From contig JAKMXF010000210.1 in assembly GCA_024704765.1 (NCBI GenBank), positions 372,001 to 436,000 of the forward strand: a DNA stretch of 64,000 bases, written 5' to 3'. The stretch comes from Oopsacas minuta. Lineage: Eukaryota; Animalia; Porifera. A program made the translations under genes and the position numbers. Below are positions 1 through 12,133 of this stretch, piece by piece (the first letter of the stretch is position 1; each line of letters opens with the position of its first letter). The notes beneath the pieces are model-generated. The model made no database searches. It was not told the DNA's origin and worked only from the letters and a program-made list of their open reading frames with translations.

Positions 1-1
1 A

Positions 2-646
2 GAGATTGCAGCAGCTCTGAAAGTGAATAAATCTCTCCAGGTATTAGATCTAGGAATGAACAGAGTTAGGAAACGTGGTGCTGGGCTTCTCTGTGAAGCT
101 CTTCAGGAGAATTCAACTCTTAAGACTCTTAAACTGAAGTTTAATCTCATTCCTGATGAGTTTTCTATTAAGGTAGTGAAGACAGTGCTTGAGTCTAAGA
201 ACTCTCAGTTAACACAGTTATTTTTAGCTGGAAATGCACTGGAATATGAAACATTGGTCATTATTGTCGGCTTGATCAGAGATTCAACTAAACATTTGGA
301 ATTCGATTTATCTAGTCGTGCTGAATATCTAGATCCCGAGCGCATTGAAAGAACTATCTACTTAACTCCGCTCGCCGCCAATATTACTTTAGAAATGGTG
401 AAGAGGCTGCTGTACACTGCCAAGTGTGGAGCGATTATTTCAGTGAAAGTTGAGAAGCATAAAAAGCGTGGGAGCTTTGCCTCTGCTAAATACGCGTTGG
501 TAGAATTCGCCCACAAAGCTAGTGTAGACCTTGCACTGGATCTTGTAAACAGAGGAGAAGCACAGATAGGACCAGGTCTCCCTATACGTATCGTAAGAGC
601 TGGTGTTGGTAAAGGAGCTACACTTGACCCTGCTATGGCGTCTTAA
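2..646 (+). CDS. RNI-like leucine-rich-repeat protein with C-terminal RRM-like domain (5' partial)
   Basis: Frame is open from the window edge (EIAAALKVNKSLQVLDL; 'start' 23 is GTG). RI-type LRRs (ALQENSTLKTLKLKFN, LTQLFLAGN) are followed by RNP2-like TIYLTPL and RNP1-like KYALVEF. Confidence 0.75.
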   Translation, partial: EIAAALKVNKSLQVLDLGMNRVRKRGAGLLCEALQENSTLKTLKLKFNLIPDEFSIKVVKTVLESKNSQLTQLFLAGNALEYETLVIIVGLIRDSTKHLEFDLSSRAEYLDPERIERTIYLTPLAANITLEMVKRLLYTAKCGAIISVKVEKHKKRGSFASAKYALVEFAHKASVDLALDLVNRGEAQIGPGLPIRIVRAGVGKGATLDPAMAS

Positions 647-1038
647 ACAACTCAGTATATAGTAGATATACTCATTTTAGTTCTTAGGTTTTACGGAGAC
701 ATTTTTCATAAGTTATAGAGTTTGTGGAGATTGTAGATTAGAAATATTAGTTTTTCTTGTAATTCAGCGTTTCTCACAGTATTATTGGAAAGCGCTCATT
801 TTTGGGATTGAGTGGGGCCTCTGTCACTTATATACGTAGTAAACCCTATTCGTAGAGTTTTCATTTGACCGCAGCTAGATATTCTAACGCGTTAATTGAT
901 GCGCTTATCACGCTTTGGGCGAAGCACTGTTGTAATTATTGACTAATCAATTTGATGTATTCCCTTATTATTTAGTCTATTGTAATTGCTACGTCATATA
1001 TACTTCATTACATACTTTATTCAGTTGCTATTAGAGAA

Positions 1039-4000
1039 ATGAGTACTCCATCTTTGAGTGCTATGGAGCCTGTGTACTCTCACGCTAGCATGCGTTCTAT
1101 AGGATTATCTCTCTCGCAGTTATCTCATGCCTCCCTCAAGCAAATGTCTGGCCTATCAGCTAGCCATGCCAGCATTCATAGTGCTACTAGTCGCGGGTAT
1201 TTAGACGGGACAGGTGGCCCCAGTTCCAAGGCTCTGTTCAGAGAGAGAATGGAGTTATGTTTGGAATGGTTCAACAGTTGGACAGATGGACAGAGAAGAA
1301 AGTAAGTATCAAGTTAGTATTAAATAAATCCACATTCATTATTTATTTTTAGGTATTTATCTTGTTTGGGTATTTGCTTTAAACCTAGCGAACTATTACA
1401 ACTAGCTTCTCTAGTTGAACTCAAAGCACCTAAAGAACAGCTAGATTTTACAAACATACTAACTAAAGATTTATCACTACGGATATTCTCCTATCTAGAT
1501 CCCAGATCTCTCTGTAGATGTTCTCAGGTTATCCCTTAATAATATACAATATATTTTATTTGTTTAATGCATGCCATTATGCAACAATAAGACAGCGCTT
1601 GTAAGCAAGGATAGTGTCCGTATTTAAATAATTTTTATGTAACGAAATTTGTTTATCTTAAGCAGTGGTGTTAAGTTTCGCGTTCAGGCCATTGCCATGT
1701 ACCTATGAGGCTGTATGTTATCAAAATTGCTGTACTCTCTCCCTGTTTGCATGTTACCTATCATAGGAATATCTTGATAGAATCCAACTTGTTTCTTTTC
1801 ACGTGGTGATTCCACAGGAGATCTCTGACTGGTGTGACTGGCAGTTGAGATATTCCTCTCTCTGCGTAGAGGAATTCTTCTGGGACTTTCTATGCGTTGT
1901 GTCAGTAGAGATTGTGTTAGAGGATTATTAGTTGCATTGCGATTGTAAACATTACTGTCATCCTTATTGTAGCTAAAGTATGATTCTAGTGATTTACGGG
2001 GTTGAACTACTTGTGTTCTAATTTCACTTCCCCGTCTATCAGCAAGTATGTTTTCTAGTTCTGTTATTTTTCTCTTTGATATACTCAACTGATGCTGTTT
2101 TGTAGTAGCTTCTTCTGCCAGTTCAGCGACCTTCATTTTAAGCTCGAAGGCTTCATTACTTGCTGAATCAGCTCTTAGATTTGATCTATCCAGCAATTTG
2201 TATAGCTGTTCTAGTTGATCTTCCATATTTGCTAATTCTTTATCATTTCCTTCTTCCATCTTTTTGATTTTTGCCTGTAGAGCTTCTTCCCTCTGAAGAG
2301 AAGCTTCTAACTCTGCCTTTAGTTCTCTAATACGTGTTTCATTGTATGTAGCCCGAACAGAATTAGTCCTACACCGATAGGTTGGTGGAGATTCGACCTC
2401 ATAATTACGAGGACTTCTCTGCCGCTGAAACTGTTCAGAAGATCTCCTGCTTTGTGCGAATTGTGTTACTGTCAATTCTAGATTAGTAATCTGATTGGTT
2501 AATTCATCAATTCGAGATTTTGTCAGATTATATTCTCCCTGTTAAATAGAATATGTCTAATTATGCTTCATAATAAATTCTCATAATATTTAGTTATTAT
2601 ACTTACCACAGATGGTACGAGGCCGTCTACTACTACTTTCATTCTTTTGAAAATAGATGCGATATTGTATCTCATCTTTTCGATTTTGTAGCGGTCATTG
2701 TTATCTTTTGGCCTATCTTCACTCCAATACGTCTAAGATAGTATGAGTATATAAGTTTATGATATTCTAATTCGAAAGTTCAACAAATTCATGGATTTGC
2801 TTACCTTCATTCTACTGATTTGTTTGTCTATGGTTCGTTTCAGCAGTTCTACTTCAATCTCGTACTGACTACTACCAGTCTCTTATACACATCTTGGTAA
2901 TCGATAGGAGTGTCAGAATATTCAGCCACCTGTATAGAAAATATTGTTAAAATATTTGCTATAATATTTTCCTTTTTACAATTATTTGTACTTACCTCAA
3001 CAGCTGGAAATAGCTTATCAACAACAGATTTCATGTTTTCAACCTCTGCAATCATTTCCTTTAATTTCTCCCATTTCTCATCCACCGTTTCGGTTTCCTG
3101 AATAATCTCATCAATTGACGAAAAACTGAGACTGTTAAGACGAGTCTTTTGCTGGTTATTGTCCAAAGGAATAAAACTGACCAGTTTATCTCTCTTGTTC
3201 TTGTACGTTGTCCTCGGTAAAGTATAAGACCTCTCACGTGTGTATTCACGGGAAGGCAGCTGTGGAAGTAGCCCCAGTGATTGGGTATAGGGTGCGCTGT
3301 GATTTGACATTACATCTAATCTATCCATAATTAATTAATTAACTAATTACCTACAATAATATTAAACTAATTGCCCTTCACTGCTATATATTGGGTTTAT
3401 ATAGAAAATGCTCCATACTCAAATTACCAAACGATTGGTTTCGTAGACTTTCATAAGTAATTTTATTCTTCCGTATGATACGAAACATGAGTTATTTCTT
3501 TATTTTTATTACAATTTTCTTGGATAATGTAACGAAACTGATTTTATATTTGCTGACATGTTTATTGTATTGAATATTTTGATGAGTAATTCGGTTAATA
3601 ATAATATTTTCATTTCGTCAATCAATTATTGACAATTAACATTCTAGGTATTAAAATCATTTTCATTACTGTTTTAGTTTAGGTTCTGCCAGTTGCATTT
3701 TAATTAATTTCTTCACCTAGTGGAATAAATAACTCATTTAGAAATGTAGATGTAATTCTATTTGTGTTTGCTGAGTTCACAATCTGAGCACTTAATTTAT
3801 ATATATCTAGTTGAAGCTAATTACCTGTATCAATGAGTTCTTAGAAATTATTGATATATGCGTGATCGCCCATCTGTCTCTCCTAAAAAATTACATCCAT
3901 ATACAGATATTTTGTGACTTCTAAATATGTGTACACCAGATATCATCATCAAAGGCTTCTAAGGATATTAAACATTATTATAGAATGACTTCCTAACTGG

Positions 4001-7000
4001 AATACATAATTTCCCTGCTTTACAGTATTCCCTTTAGGTTAGTTGGCACTGGCTTTGGCTATCAGAACAGGATTCCATATGGCAGCCTAAGTGTGTAGAA
4101 AGGGGGTGGTTCCTACATTACTCTCCTCTCCCCAAACAGTATGGTGCTTGGAAACAGCACTACGTAGCCTGTTTGACTGCTCCACCATCAGGTGTGCATC
4201 TCCCAATCACTAGCCAGCACATTAGACACACCCCTTCTACAAGTTATCTTAATCAGAGTGTTCCTATTATCCAACAAGATGACTGGGACAATACTAATAG
4301 ACAAGTTGTCTCTGAGTAAGTAAATTATCTTAATAAATTCTACTTATACAGCATCATAGATCGTACCTATTGATGTTACATCCCTCACATACATGTTTCT
4401 ATGTAATATTATTATGTAGTTATGTTACAGTGTGTTTTATCGGCTTTCATACTATCTTTGCTGTCTGTTAGATCTGCAGGAGCTCATCAGCACAATACTA
4501 CTAACCAGGATACATTTCCTTTCTATCTATCTTCTCAGAAACAGGACATTACACTCAAAGATAACAGTAATATCAACAAGCCCTGGTTAGATCCTGATCC
4601 ACACCCTCAAGATCTTGAGAAAGGATGGAATGCTCTATGTGATGGCACTCTAGCTATGCATAGAAGTATTGATACACAAAAACACGGTTCATTACACCCA
4701 TCAACCTATAGTTCTGTGTCTAGAGCATACAGTAAAGCTTCTGCTTACCAGTCTACCTCCATGACTAGCTGGAGACCTCAATCCAAACAGAAACGAGTTC
4801 AGAAGCTAAGTGATACTCTTAGAGAACATCAGGACACTAATACAGATCAGTTAAGACCTAAGACAGCACCTGCTAGTACTGCTCAGCTAGATAGAAATGC
4901 TACTTACAAACCAGTAGCAGTATCAGAGCTATCCGTAACAGATACTCCATGGTATAAAGCAGCTAGTCTCCCTATACGAGAAGGAGAACCTCTTTTCTAT
5001 TCACATCCAAGCCTGTACTATAATTCGAAAGCATTAGTACCTGCTACACGTGATCTACACTATTACGTGTATCCACATACAGACTACTGTAGTCTAGCTC
5101 GTGGTCTGCCTACTCTATATCATCCACGATTACTATTGCTTCCCTCTACGCTTCTATCTTGGCAGCTATTAGCAGCAGCTACGCAACCCGATACACTTTG
5201 TCTCGTGTTCAATCCTAGAGATATAACACTACCTTCTCTAACTAGGAAGCTAGATTCTCTTCTTGCTGGTAGAATTGCTCGATCTATCGCTGTATTCTCT
5301 CCACTAGCTTCTAACTGTATGCCCTTACATTCTATCTTAGCATTTGGTCCTAAAGCTAATCTTGTTGATCCAAATTCCTATGTACCCTCTTGGGAGGGAG
5401 ACACGAGTGCGGTGGAATCTTCTGATTTTCTATCATTCATAAGAGGCTGTATCCTTCCTCCAGCTCTTGGCTCTAGAATTGATATATTCTCACCTTCTCT
5501 CCCAGCTGATAAATCACAACCTCGTCTACATTCTATGTCCAGTTTATCTAAATTAGTACAGCTACCTGTTAGCAGTCCATCTTCTGTGACAGCTCTATAC
5601 TCTCTGAGGAACGAGGAGTGGATTTGGGTAACTCCAACCCAATCTCCAGAAGACGTTACTATCAGCTCTGTGCCTTCTCACACCCCTCCCTCTCTATACT
5701 TTGTAGTGACAGACTTCCTATCTTGGTGTCATCTCGCGGAATCTGCCACCAATTCTCTCCGTAAAGTAGAGAAACACCTCTCTATGTACTTGAGAGAAAC
5801 AAGAAGTGATATAATGGGTACTATAACAGGTAGAATCGTTCACCACGCATTAGCTCTAGGATCGAGTAGTGATATGATAATGATGACTGATACTCTCAGA
5901 CCTATTCTATTAAAATACACAAATGACGTCATGAATGAACAGCTGGATACTGATGCATTTAGTGATGACATAATTGGGTTATTAAGACACGGAGAAGATC
6001 TTGAAGAACCTCATCCTATACTTGCACCAGAGGTTTGGCCAGCCCATCTTCTTGGTCCGAATGCAGGATCATGGCACTGGTTCGAAGGTACCGGACTATC
6101 TCAGAGAATATGTTACCCGATGTTATGGGGTCATAACCTAACTGAATGGGGCATGTACACACCCCCGAAAGACAGACGGGGTCGTGTCCTATGGGAATGG
6201 TTCCATACAGAACTAACTTATAACCACATGCTGCATTTAACTCTACACGAGTATCAGAAACCTTTGAAAGAAGCAGTGGAGAATAGTCCCTCTCAATCTA
6301 TTGGTCTTACCTCCCATGAGCTTGATATTATATTCTCTGATATACAGCTGCTCAGTAACTTGTCTACTCAACAGCTGGCTCATTTAGAAGCTCTGTTAAC
6401 TCATTGGGATACTTCCTCTCCTCCAGTCGCTGCCCCTCTTCTACTTAGTTTACTTTCTTCTCTGACTATTTATAAGAATTATATATTCAATTATCCAGCA
6501 CTAACTCATACACTTAACCAAGGTATTTACAGCTCAGGGCGTTTGCGTGTGTTTCTACGTAGAAGAGGAATACAGCCTTACACTAACAACTGTTCTCTTC
6601 CTATCCTACTGCTTGCTCCCTTACAGAGGATTCGTAGTATCTATCAACTACTATCTTCCCTTATTAGCATAACTCCTGATACGCATCCTGATGTAAAAGA
6701 AGGTGGGATTACTCTGGCTAGACTCACTTCTCTCCTCACTGATGCTGATTCTCTGGAACTGAGAGCTTCTAGTGAGAGAGAACTTGTATCTCTTTCTAAT
6801 TCTATCACAGGGTGTCCTGTTCTGTTTGAGACAGGGAGACAATTATACGGAAGTTGGAGAGCAGATCTCATGGTAGGTACACGGCAGAATGGAGATAAGA
6901 AGATAGAGAGTATAGACTCTCTTAAAATATATTTATTCACAGATGCACTACTTATCTCACGAGTAAAGCTATCTAATCCAGGATTCAGCACGCAGATATG

Positions 7001-7184
7001 CGAGGATGAGGAATTTGTTGATAGTATAGGTTTAAACAGAGTCCGTGTTTGTGAAGCAAATTCAGAGGATTTATCTGCTTTTGGTTGTGAGATAAAGGGA
7101 ACAAAGAAAGTATGGAAAGTCGCGTTTCTCTCTCAAGAAGATAGAGTTACATTTTTTGAATGTTTTGCATCTCTCACTAGTTAG
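1039..7184 (+). CDS. ECT2L: ECT2-like RhoGEF: F-box, DUF4347-like region, DH and PH domains. Exons approx 1039-1301, 1353-1527, 4038-4315, 4472-7184
   Basis: LFRERMELCLEWFNSWTDGQR, then DFTNILTKDLSLRIFSYLDPRSLCRCSQ spliced in phase 0 to VSWHWLWLSEQDSIWQPKCVERGWFL..YGAWKQHYVAC. Later RIARSIAVFS, DH domain (RRGRVLWEWFHTE..LLLAPLQRI) and PH domain (IYLFTDALLIS). This matches the ECT2L architecture. GT-AG sites read at 1528/4037 and 4316/4471. Confidence 0.88.
1684..3328 (-). CDS. Uncharacterised coiled-coil protein nested antisense in ECT2L intron 2. Exons approx 3328-2996, 2864-2805, 2732-2607, 2539-1684
   Basis: GTAAGT/GTAAGC donors and YAG acceptors join ORFs 2849-3328 and 1684-2475 through two small unannotated exons (YEIEVELLKRTIDKQISRMK; TYWSEDRPKD..MKVVVDGLVPSV) in phase 0. 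Heptad-rich segment RIRELKAELEASLQREEALQAKIKK. The exon-2 acceptor is uncertain. Confidence 0.7.
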
Positions 7185-7289
7185 ATATACCCCCAACACG
7201 ATACTTGAATATTTATGATTATTTATGTACTGAGAATGTATGTATTTACATTTGTGGAGATATTATGCTCTTATTTTACATTTATTTGT

Positions 7290-7718
7290 TCATAATAGCA
7301 AAATCGCGTTTAGTTTCACCAAATTAGAATTTAGGATTCGAATGCCCACACGTCTAACCAGAACATACAGTTGCTTATAAGAAGTTAGCTTATTATGAAA
7401 TTTTTCTTTTACGATTGGAACTAATTGATTTATCTGATAATGTGGCCATTTCTCAACCCACTCCCTTACACCGCTAATTATGTTAATTAATACTTCAATT
7501 GTATACAAATTGCGAGGTTTGTGTGATATAACAATTAGTATAAGACTGAGCTACCGAAAATCAGGACACTCCAGATTTTTGCATTTTTGCAAACTAGAAT
7601 TATCACTGAATATGTCCGAACATGGAGGAGTTGGTAAGCAAATATGCAGTCTCTGGTATGCTATCCTATTGGAGCCTATATCTAATACTGTAATAAGTTG
7701 TGAAAATTCGCTCTCCAT
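7290..7718 (-). CDS. Candidate small two-exon gene (~115 aa; exons 7718-7555 and 7473-7290)
   Basis: MESEFSQLITVLDIG..LECPDF(R) joins GVREWVEKWPHYQINQLVPIV in phase 2 across an 81-nt GT-AG intron with TTAAC near the acceptor. The donor (GTAGCT) is weak. Confidence 0.42.
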
Positions 7719-7874
7719 TCATAATAAAGCCATTTTCTCTTAACCGAGCAGATCATACACATAACACCATTCATTGATTTAATTAGTCACAACATTGATC
7801 ACTATTGGTGTTTTTGGAAAATACATATATTTATGATAATATTTCTCTAATATTGTAGCTCGATATTATGCTAT

Positions 7875-9309
7875 ATGGCATCCTTTATTGAGAATGCGAA
7901 TTCAGAAATTGACAATGATAAACAAGTTGAAACATTCTCCGCAATTATAAACCTCAACGTAGGAGGGACACTATTCACTACAAGATTAAGGACTCTCACA
8001 TCACGCTCTGATAGTATGCTTTCTAGAATGTTCTCTGGTTATTCAATTGATAAAGACTCAGATGGTAGATATTTCATCGACAGAGATGGAAAATATTTCT
8101 CTCATATTCTAAACTATCTAAGAGATCCAAGTAACTTTGTAATCTCCGTTGATATTATCCCTGCTGTGTTGGTAGAAGCAGAGTATTATCAGGTTAATGG
8201 ATAATTTCCTTGTTTAATATTTTATATGACCGATATGTCTACGATTGAGATTGTTTTTAGATATCAGGTATGGTTGAACTTCTAAGAGGTCATCCTTCAC
8301 TGCTTACTACTAAGGTAATGAAGAGATATCGTGATCATCTGGGAGCAAGATATACAGACCTGAAACAGAGTGTAATTTTATTATTGATATCTTCTAAGAA
8401 ACAAACAACAGCTACTAACTTCTTGTCTGCCGGTTTTAATTCAACTCAAAGATGTATAGATCCTAATCTGCAGTCTGAAATGATTACTGATGACATGGTA
8501 TCAGATTCTCAGAACAGTAGTTATGTCCCTTCACATCCTGCACGAGTTGAGAATCTTCACGGGTCTCTACAGACTGAAGTTCGTATAGCTACTCCCACGG
8601 TCATATTTGAAGGCATAGAAGTACAAAATGCTCCAACTGTAAGTCTATATTTTCATAGATTAACCCGATTCCGTAAATAAAAAACATTTATGATTTTGTA
8701 TAGCTCCGTAAACAATTACACGTTGTTAGTATAATAGAGTTGAAGTACTTTAATTAGACTCGTAATTACTTAATTAATACACTTTGCTGTTTTCTAAAGT
8801 TTGTTTGTTTATTTTTTGTTTACTTGTTGATATTATAAAGTTTATAAACTTTGAATTACGATTGCTTCTAGAGTCTTCATGTGTTGATGATCCATTTTCA
8901 TAATCAAATTAGTAATTTAACACGACAATGATAGAATATTTTAATTAATATTATGCACTATTCTTAGACATTTACACAGAATGCTACACGACGTAACCAC
9001 CAACGTCCGTATAATCAGTGCTTATCAGATGGTCATGATTTCCTACACATAGATATAGTTTCTACTTACTGGCAGAAGAGTGAAATATGGCATTTACTCT
9101 TACACGATTTGAGACAAGAATTGAATACTATTGTTGAGCTTAAGATGGAACAGCATACAGTGTATTGCAGGAGATGTCAGTATAACAATCCATACGGTGT
9201 ATGTATCTTATCGATCTTTTGGCTGAAAAGTAACATTCCTTCTTTCTGTACTCAAGAGTCTACACAGTATCTTACTACCCAAGATTCAACCTATTCAACA
9301 ATTTCATGA
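7875..9309 (+). CDS. BTB/POZ (T1-type) KCTD protein, KCTD7/14-like. Exons 7875-8192, 8261-8638, 8980-9309
   Basis: IINLNVGG..FTTRLRTL..DSMLSRMFSG..YFIDRDGKYFSHILNYLR. A GTAAGT donor at 8639 splices in phase 0 to a CAG acceptor at 8979, which explains the ATG-less open frame 8968-9309. Confidence 0.82.
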
Positions 9310-9549
9310 ATATTTTGCTACAGGTTCGTATCATATATGGTCACGTCCTTATGCATAAGCAATTAAGTTATTCAGATGGATTCAAATATTTTTACATTGT
9401 TGAAAGACAATTCTGTTTTGTGACAATAATTCTGAGAGTATGCCTGCAATATATTGGATTATATAACCAGATTCTGCATATTGCTTACTACCCGTAGGAG
9501 TTTTGATAATGTTAGTTATTTCTATGAATTAGATTGTATTAGTCTGGTA

Positions 9550-10212
9550 ATGACGTCATTTAATATAATAATTCTTGGAGATGGAGGTGTGGGCAAGAGT
9601 TCTATAACTCTCCGTTTCTATGAAGATAGATTTGAAGATGAGTACCATCCCACTGTAGAAGATGCGTTTACTATGGAGAAGGTAATTGATAGGGAGGTGG
9701 TGAGGTTAGAGGTGATTGATACAGCTGGACAGGAGGGGTTCCACCACCTGAGAGAGATGTATATGAGTACTGAAGGTGCAGGATATATGCTAGCTTATGC
9801 TATTAACCTCAGAGATTCATTTCTATCACTCACGGTATGTAACAGTTATTATATTCACTATATTCTCAATATATTAAAATTTTCACTTTTTATTTAGGAG
9901 TTACACAAAAGTCTAAGTGAAGCTCGTAACCTTGGAGTTGGCCAGTTCGTACCGGTCGTTTTAATCGGGAATAAATCTGACAGAGCTGAGCAGCGCTGTG
10001 TATCTACTGCTGAGGCTATGCAGCTTGCGAGAGGGTTTGGAAATGATTGTCCGTTCTTTGAAACATCTGCTAAGACAGGCGCAAACATTGAAGAAGCTTT
10101 TACTGCTTTAGTGCGCCAAATGAAAAAATCATCTCCCATCCATCAGAAGAGCTTTTCTAAGTCGAAAACTTCTAAGAAGAAAGCAGGAAAATCTGGTTGT
10201 AGCTTAATCTAA
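9550..10212 (+). CDS. Ras-family small GTPase 1 (exons 9550-9834, 9898-10212), polybasic tail plus CAAX CSLI
   Basis: G1 GDGGVGKS, effector loop YHPTVED, G3 DTAGQE, G4 NKSD, G5 ETSAK. 63-nt GT-AG intron. Confidence 0.92.
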
Positions 10213-11109
10213 TCAGTATCCATTAAACCAGATTAACAACTAATGTATATTTCGTAATTGATGTATAATATATTCATAAAATAACAAGATAATAATTAGC
10301 CGTTTGCTGTCTATTTCTATATTCTAAACATTTCTGATTGTGTCTATAATAGTTCCTCTCACATGAATCAGACAAAATACATACATATTTCTATCTAGAT
10401 ATGGTATCATATGCAAATTATGCAGATGTTCATTTTCATGAGCTTTGTTGTTATGACTCCCATGTATATATGAGTATTAGTACCTGTTATATCATTTGAT
10501 CCTTTTACGTGCATAAATAAAGTATTCAAGTTATGCTAGTTATTGCTCTTTTAGAATAATGAATAGTTGAATCCGTTTTTGCTTCTTAAGGTATTAATCA
10601 TTGGTGTACAAGTTATTACGCAATTATATTTAATATCTTAACTATTATCGCATATGTTTTGTAGATGAATTGTGCGATTTCACAATTGTGTAGAAGAAGA
10701 AGAATACTTTTATTATAATAATCATTCTGATTACATAACAGTTAAAAGAGCTTATTGTCAACTCAAAATTTAATATTAAGCGATATTATTTTAATAATAA
10801 TTTGAATTATAGGACCGCAGACTTAGTTCATCATAAGGGGGATGCTCAGCCATGGGAATGCGTTCATGCTTTTGCTATGATTTGGGACACATTGAGACTG
10901 TATTTGCATTACTACAGGAATGCATACTATGACCATGGATATAGTCACTACATGTACTTTTAATCAGCCTAGAATGTGAATCTAGAAGGTTATCGTAAGG
11001 TTATTATGGTGGAGATAAACGTGTTATTTTTCTTAGCATTGTAGGCCGTCCACGTCACCATAACATATTTTTTTAAAATTTAATTTTTTAGTAGCTTCAA
11101 GTATCTGCT

Positions 11110-11764
11110 ATGACCAACACAAATGACCTATTATACGAGGTGATAATAATGGGAGAGGGAGGCGTTGGTAAGAGCTCTTTAACTCACAGATTTATGGGAT
11201 ACGAGTTCCTTGAAACTTATGATCCTACGATAGAGGGAACATTCCGTGCAGAGTCAGAAGTTGACGGTGTAACTGTAGAAGTGGAAATCACTGATACAGC
11301 TGGTCAGGATTCATTCAGAGATATCATCAGCACGTACTACAGTCGAAGGGGTGCTGGTTACATGCTTGTGTTCTCTCTTACAGCTAGAGATTCATTCTTT
11401 GCTCTACAGGTAATGAATAGTATTTAATATTTATCGATATTATTGATATTATGGTTATATGCTATAGAATAGAATATATGAGGAGTTAATGGATACGAAG
11501 AGATCTCTCTCTGGTCAACAACATGAACGTGTACCCATTGTGCTGATAGGTAACAAGTCTGATTTACCTTCTAATAGAGAGGTACAATTGACAGAGGGTC
11601 AAGCTCAAGGGAGAGAATGGAGTTGTAACTACTTTGAAACCTCAGCGAAATTCAATGAGAATGTACGAGAATCATTTGTGACTCTAATTCGTGAGATGAA
11701 TATAGCTCGTCAATCAGAGAAGAAAACTCTTTCGAAAGAGAAAGGTTGTTGCACGCTGTTGTAA
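11110..11764 (+). CDS. Ras-family small GTPase 2 (exons 11110-11409, 11468-11764), tail GCCTLL
   Basis: G1 GEGGVGKS, YDPTIEG, DTAGQD, NKSD, ETSAK. The intron is at the same codon position as in GTPase 1. Confidence 0.92.
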
Positions 11765-11766
11765 GA

Positions 11767-11800
11767 GGTTGTTTATTTGTTTGTTTGTTTGTTTGTTTAT
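11767..11800 (+). repeat. (GTTT)n microsatellite in the 3' UTR of Ras-like gene 2
   Basis: gtttatttgtttgtttgtttgtttgtttatt. Confidence 0.8.
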
Positions 11801-12133
11801 TAACAGCTTTCATATTTTATATATTTTAGGTATTATTTTTGAACTTTTTATAAATATTTTACCGACATTTCCTCATAATAGTACAGATGATTCTGGTACT
11901 AAGTACCCCTTGGGTGTAGCAATATTAAAATATACAGGAATATATGAGAACCGTAATCCAGAGGATGGTGCCTATTTCCAGCATCCATTGTATTATGTAA
12001 TTATCTTGTTTTGTTAACATAGCTTTTATATTCCACAAGATTCTATTCATAATACAATAATACACTATTCTTCTATTCAATCTGGCCTCTACTCTAAAAC
12101 ATTCACCATTACCACCATATCTACTAACAATTC

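Noticed and set aside
798-805. Sm-site-like ATTTTTGG in the first spacer
   Set aside because: It would be enclosed in a GCTCA/TGAGT stem, there is no recognisable snRNA or SL context, and it is expected by chance.
4422-4471. Signal-peptide-like start of ORF 4422-7184 (MLQCVLSAFILSLLSV)
   Set aside because: It lies in ECT2L intron 3. The phase-2 acceptor at 4471 joins the upstream F-box exons, and a secreted RhoGEF is implausible.
8639-8680. Apparent KCTD stop at 8680
   Set aside because: A strong GTAAGT donor at 8639 splices in frame to the 8980-9309 exon, so neither the early stop nor a separate 9109-9309 gene is needed.
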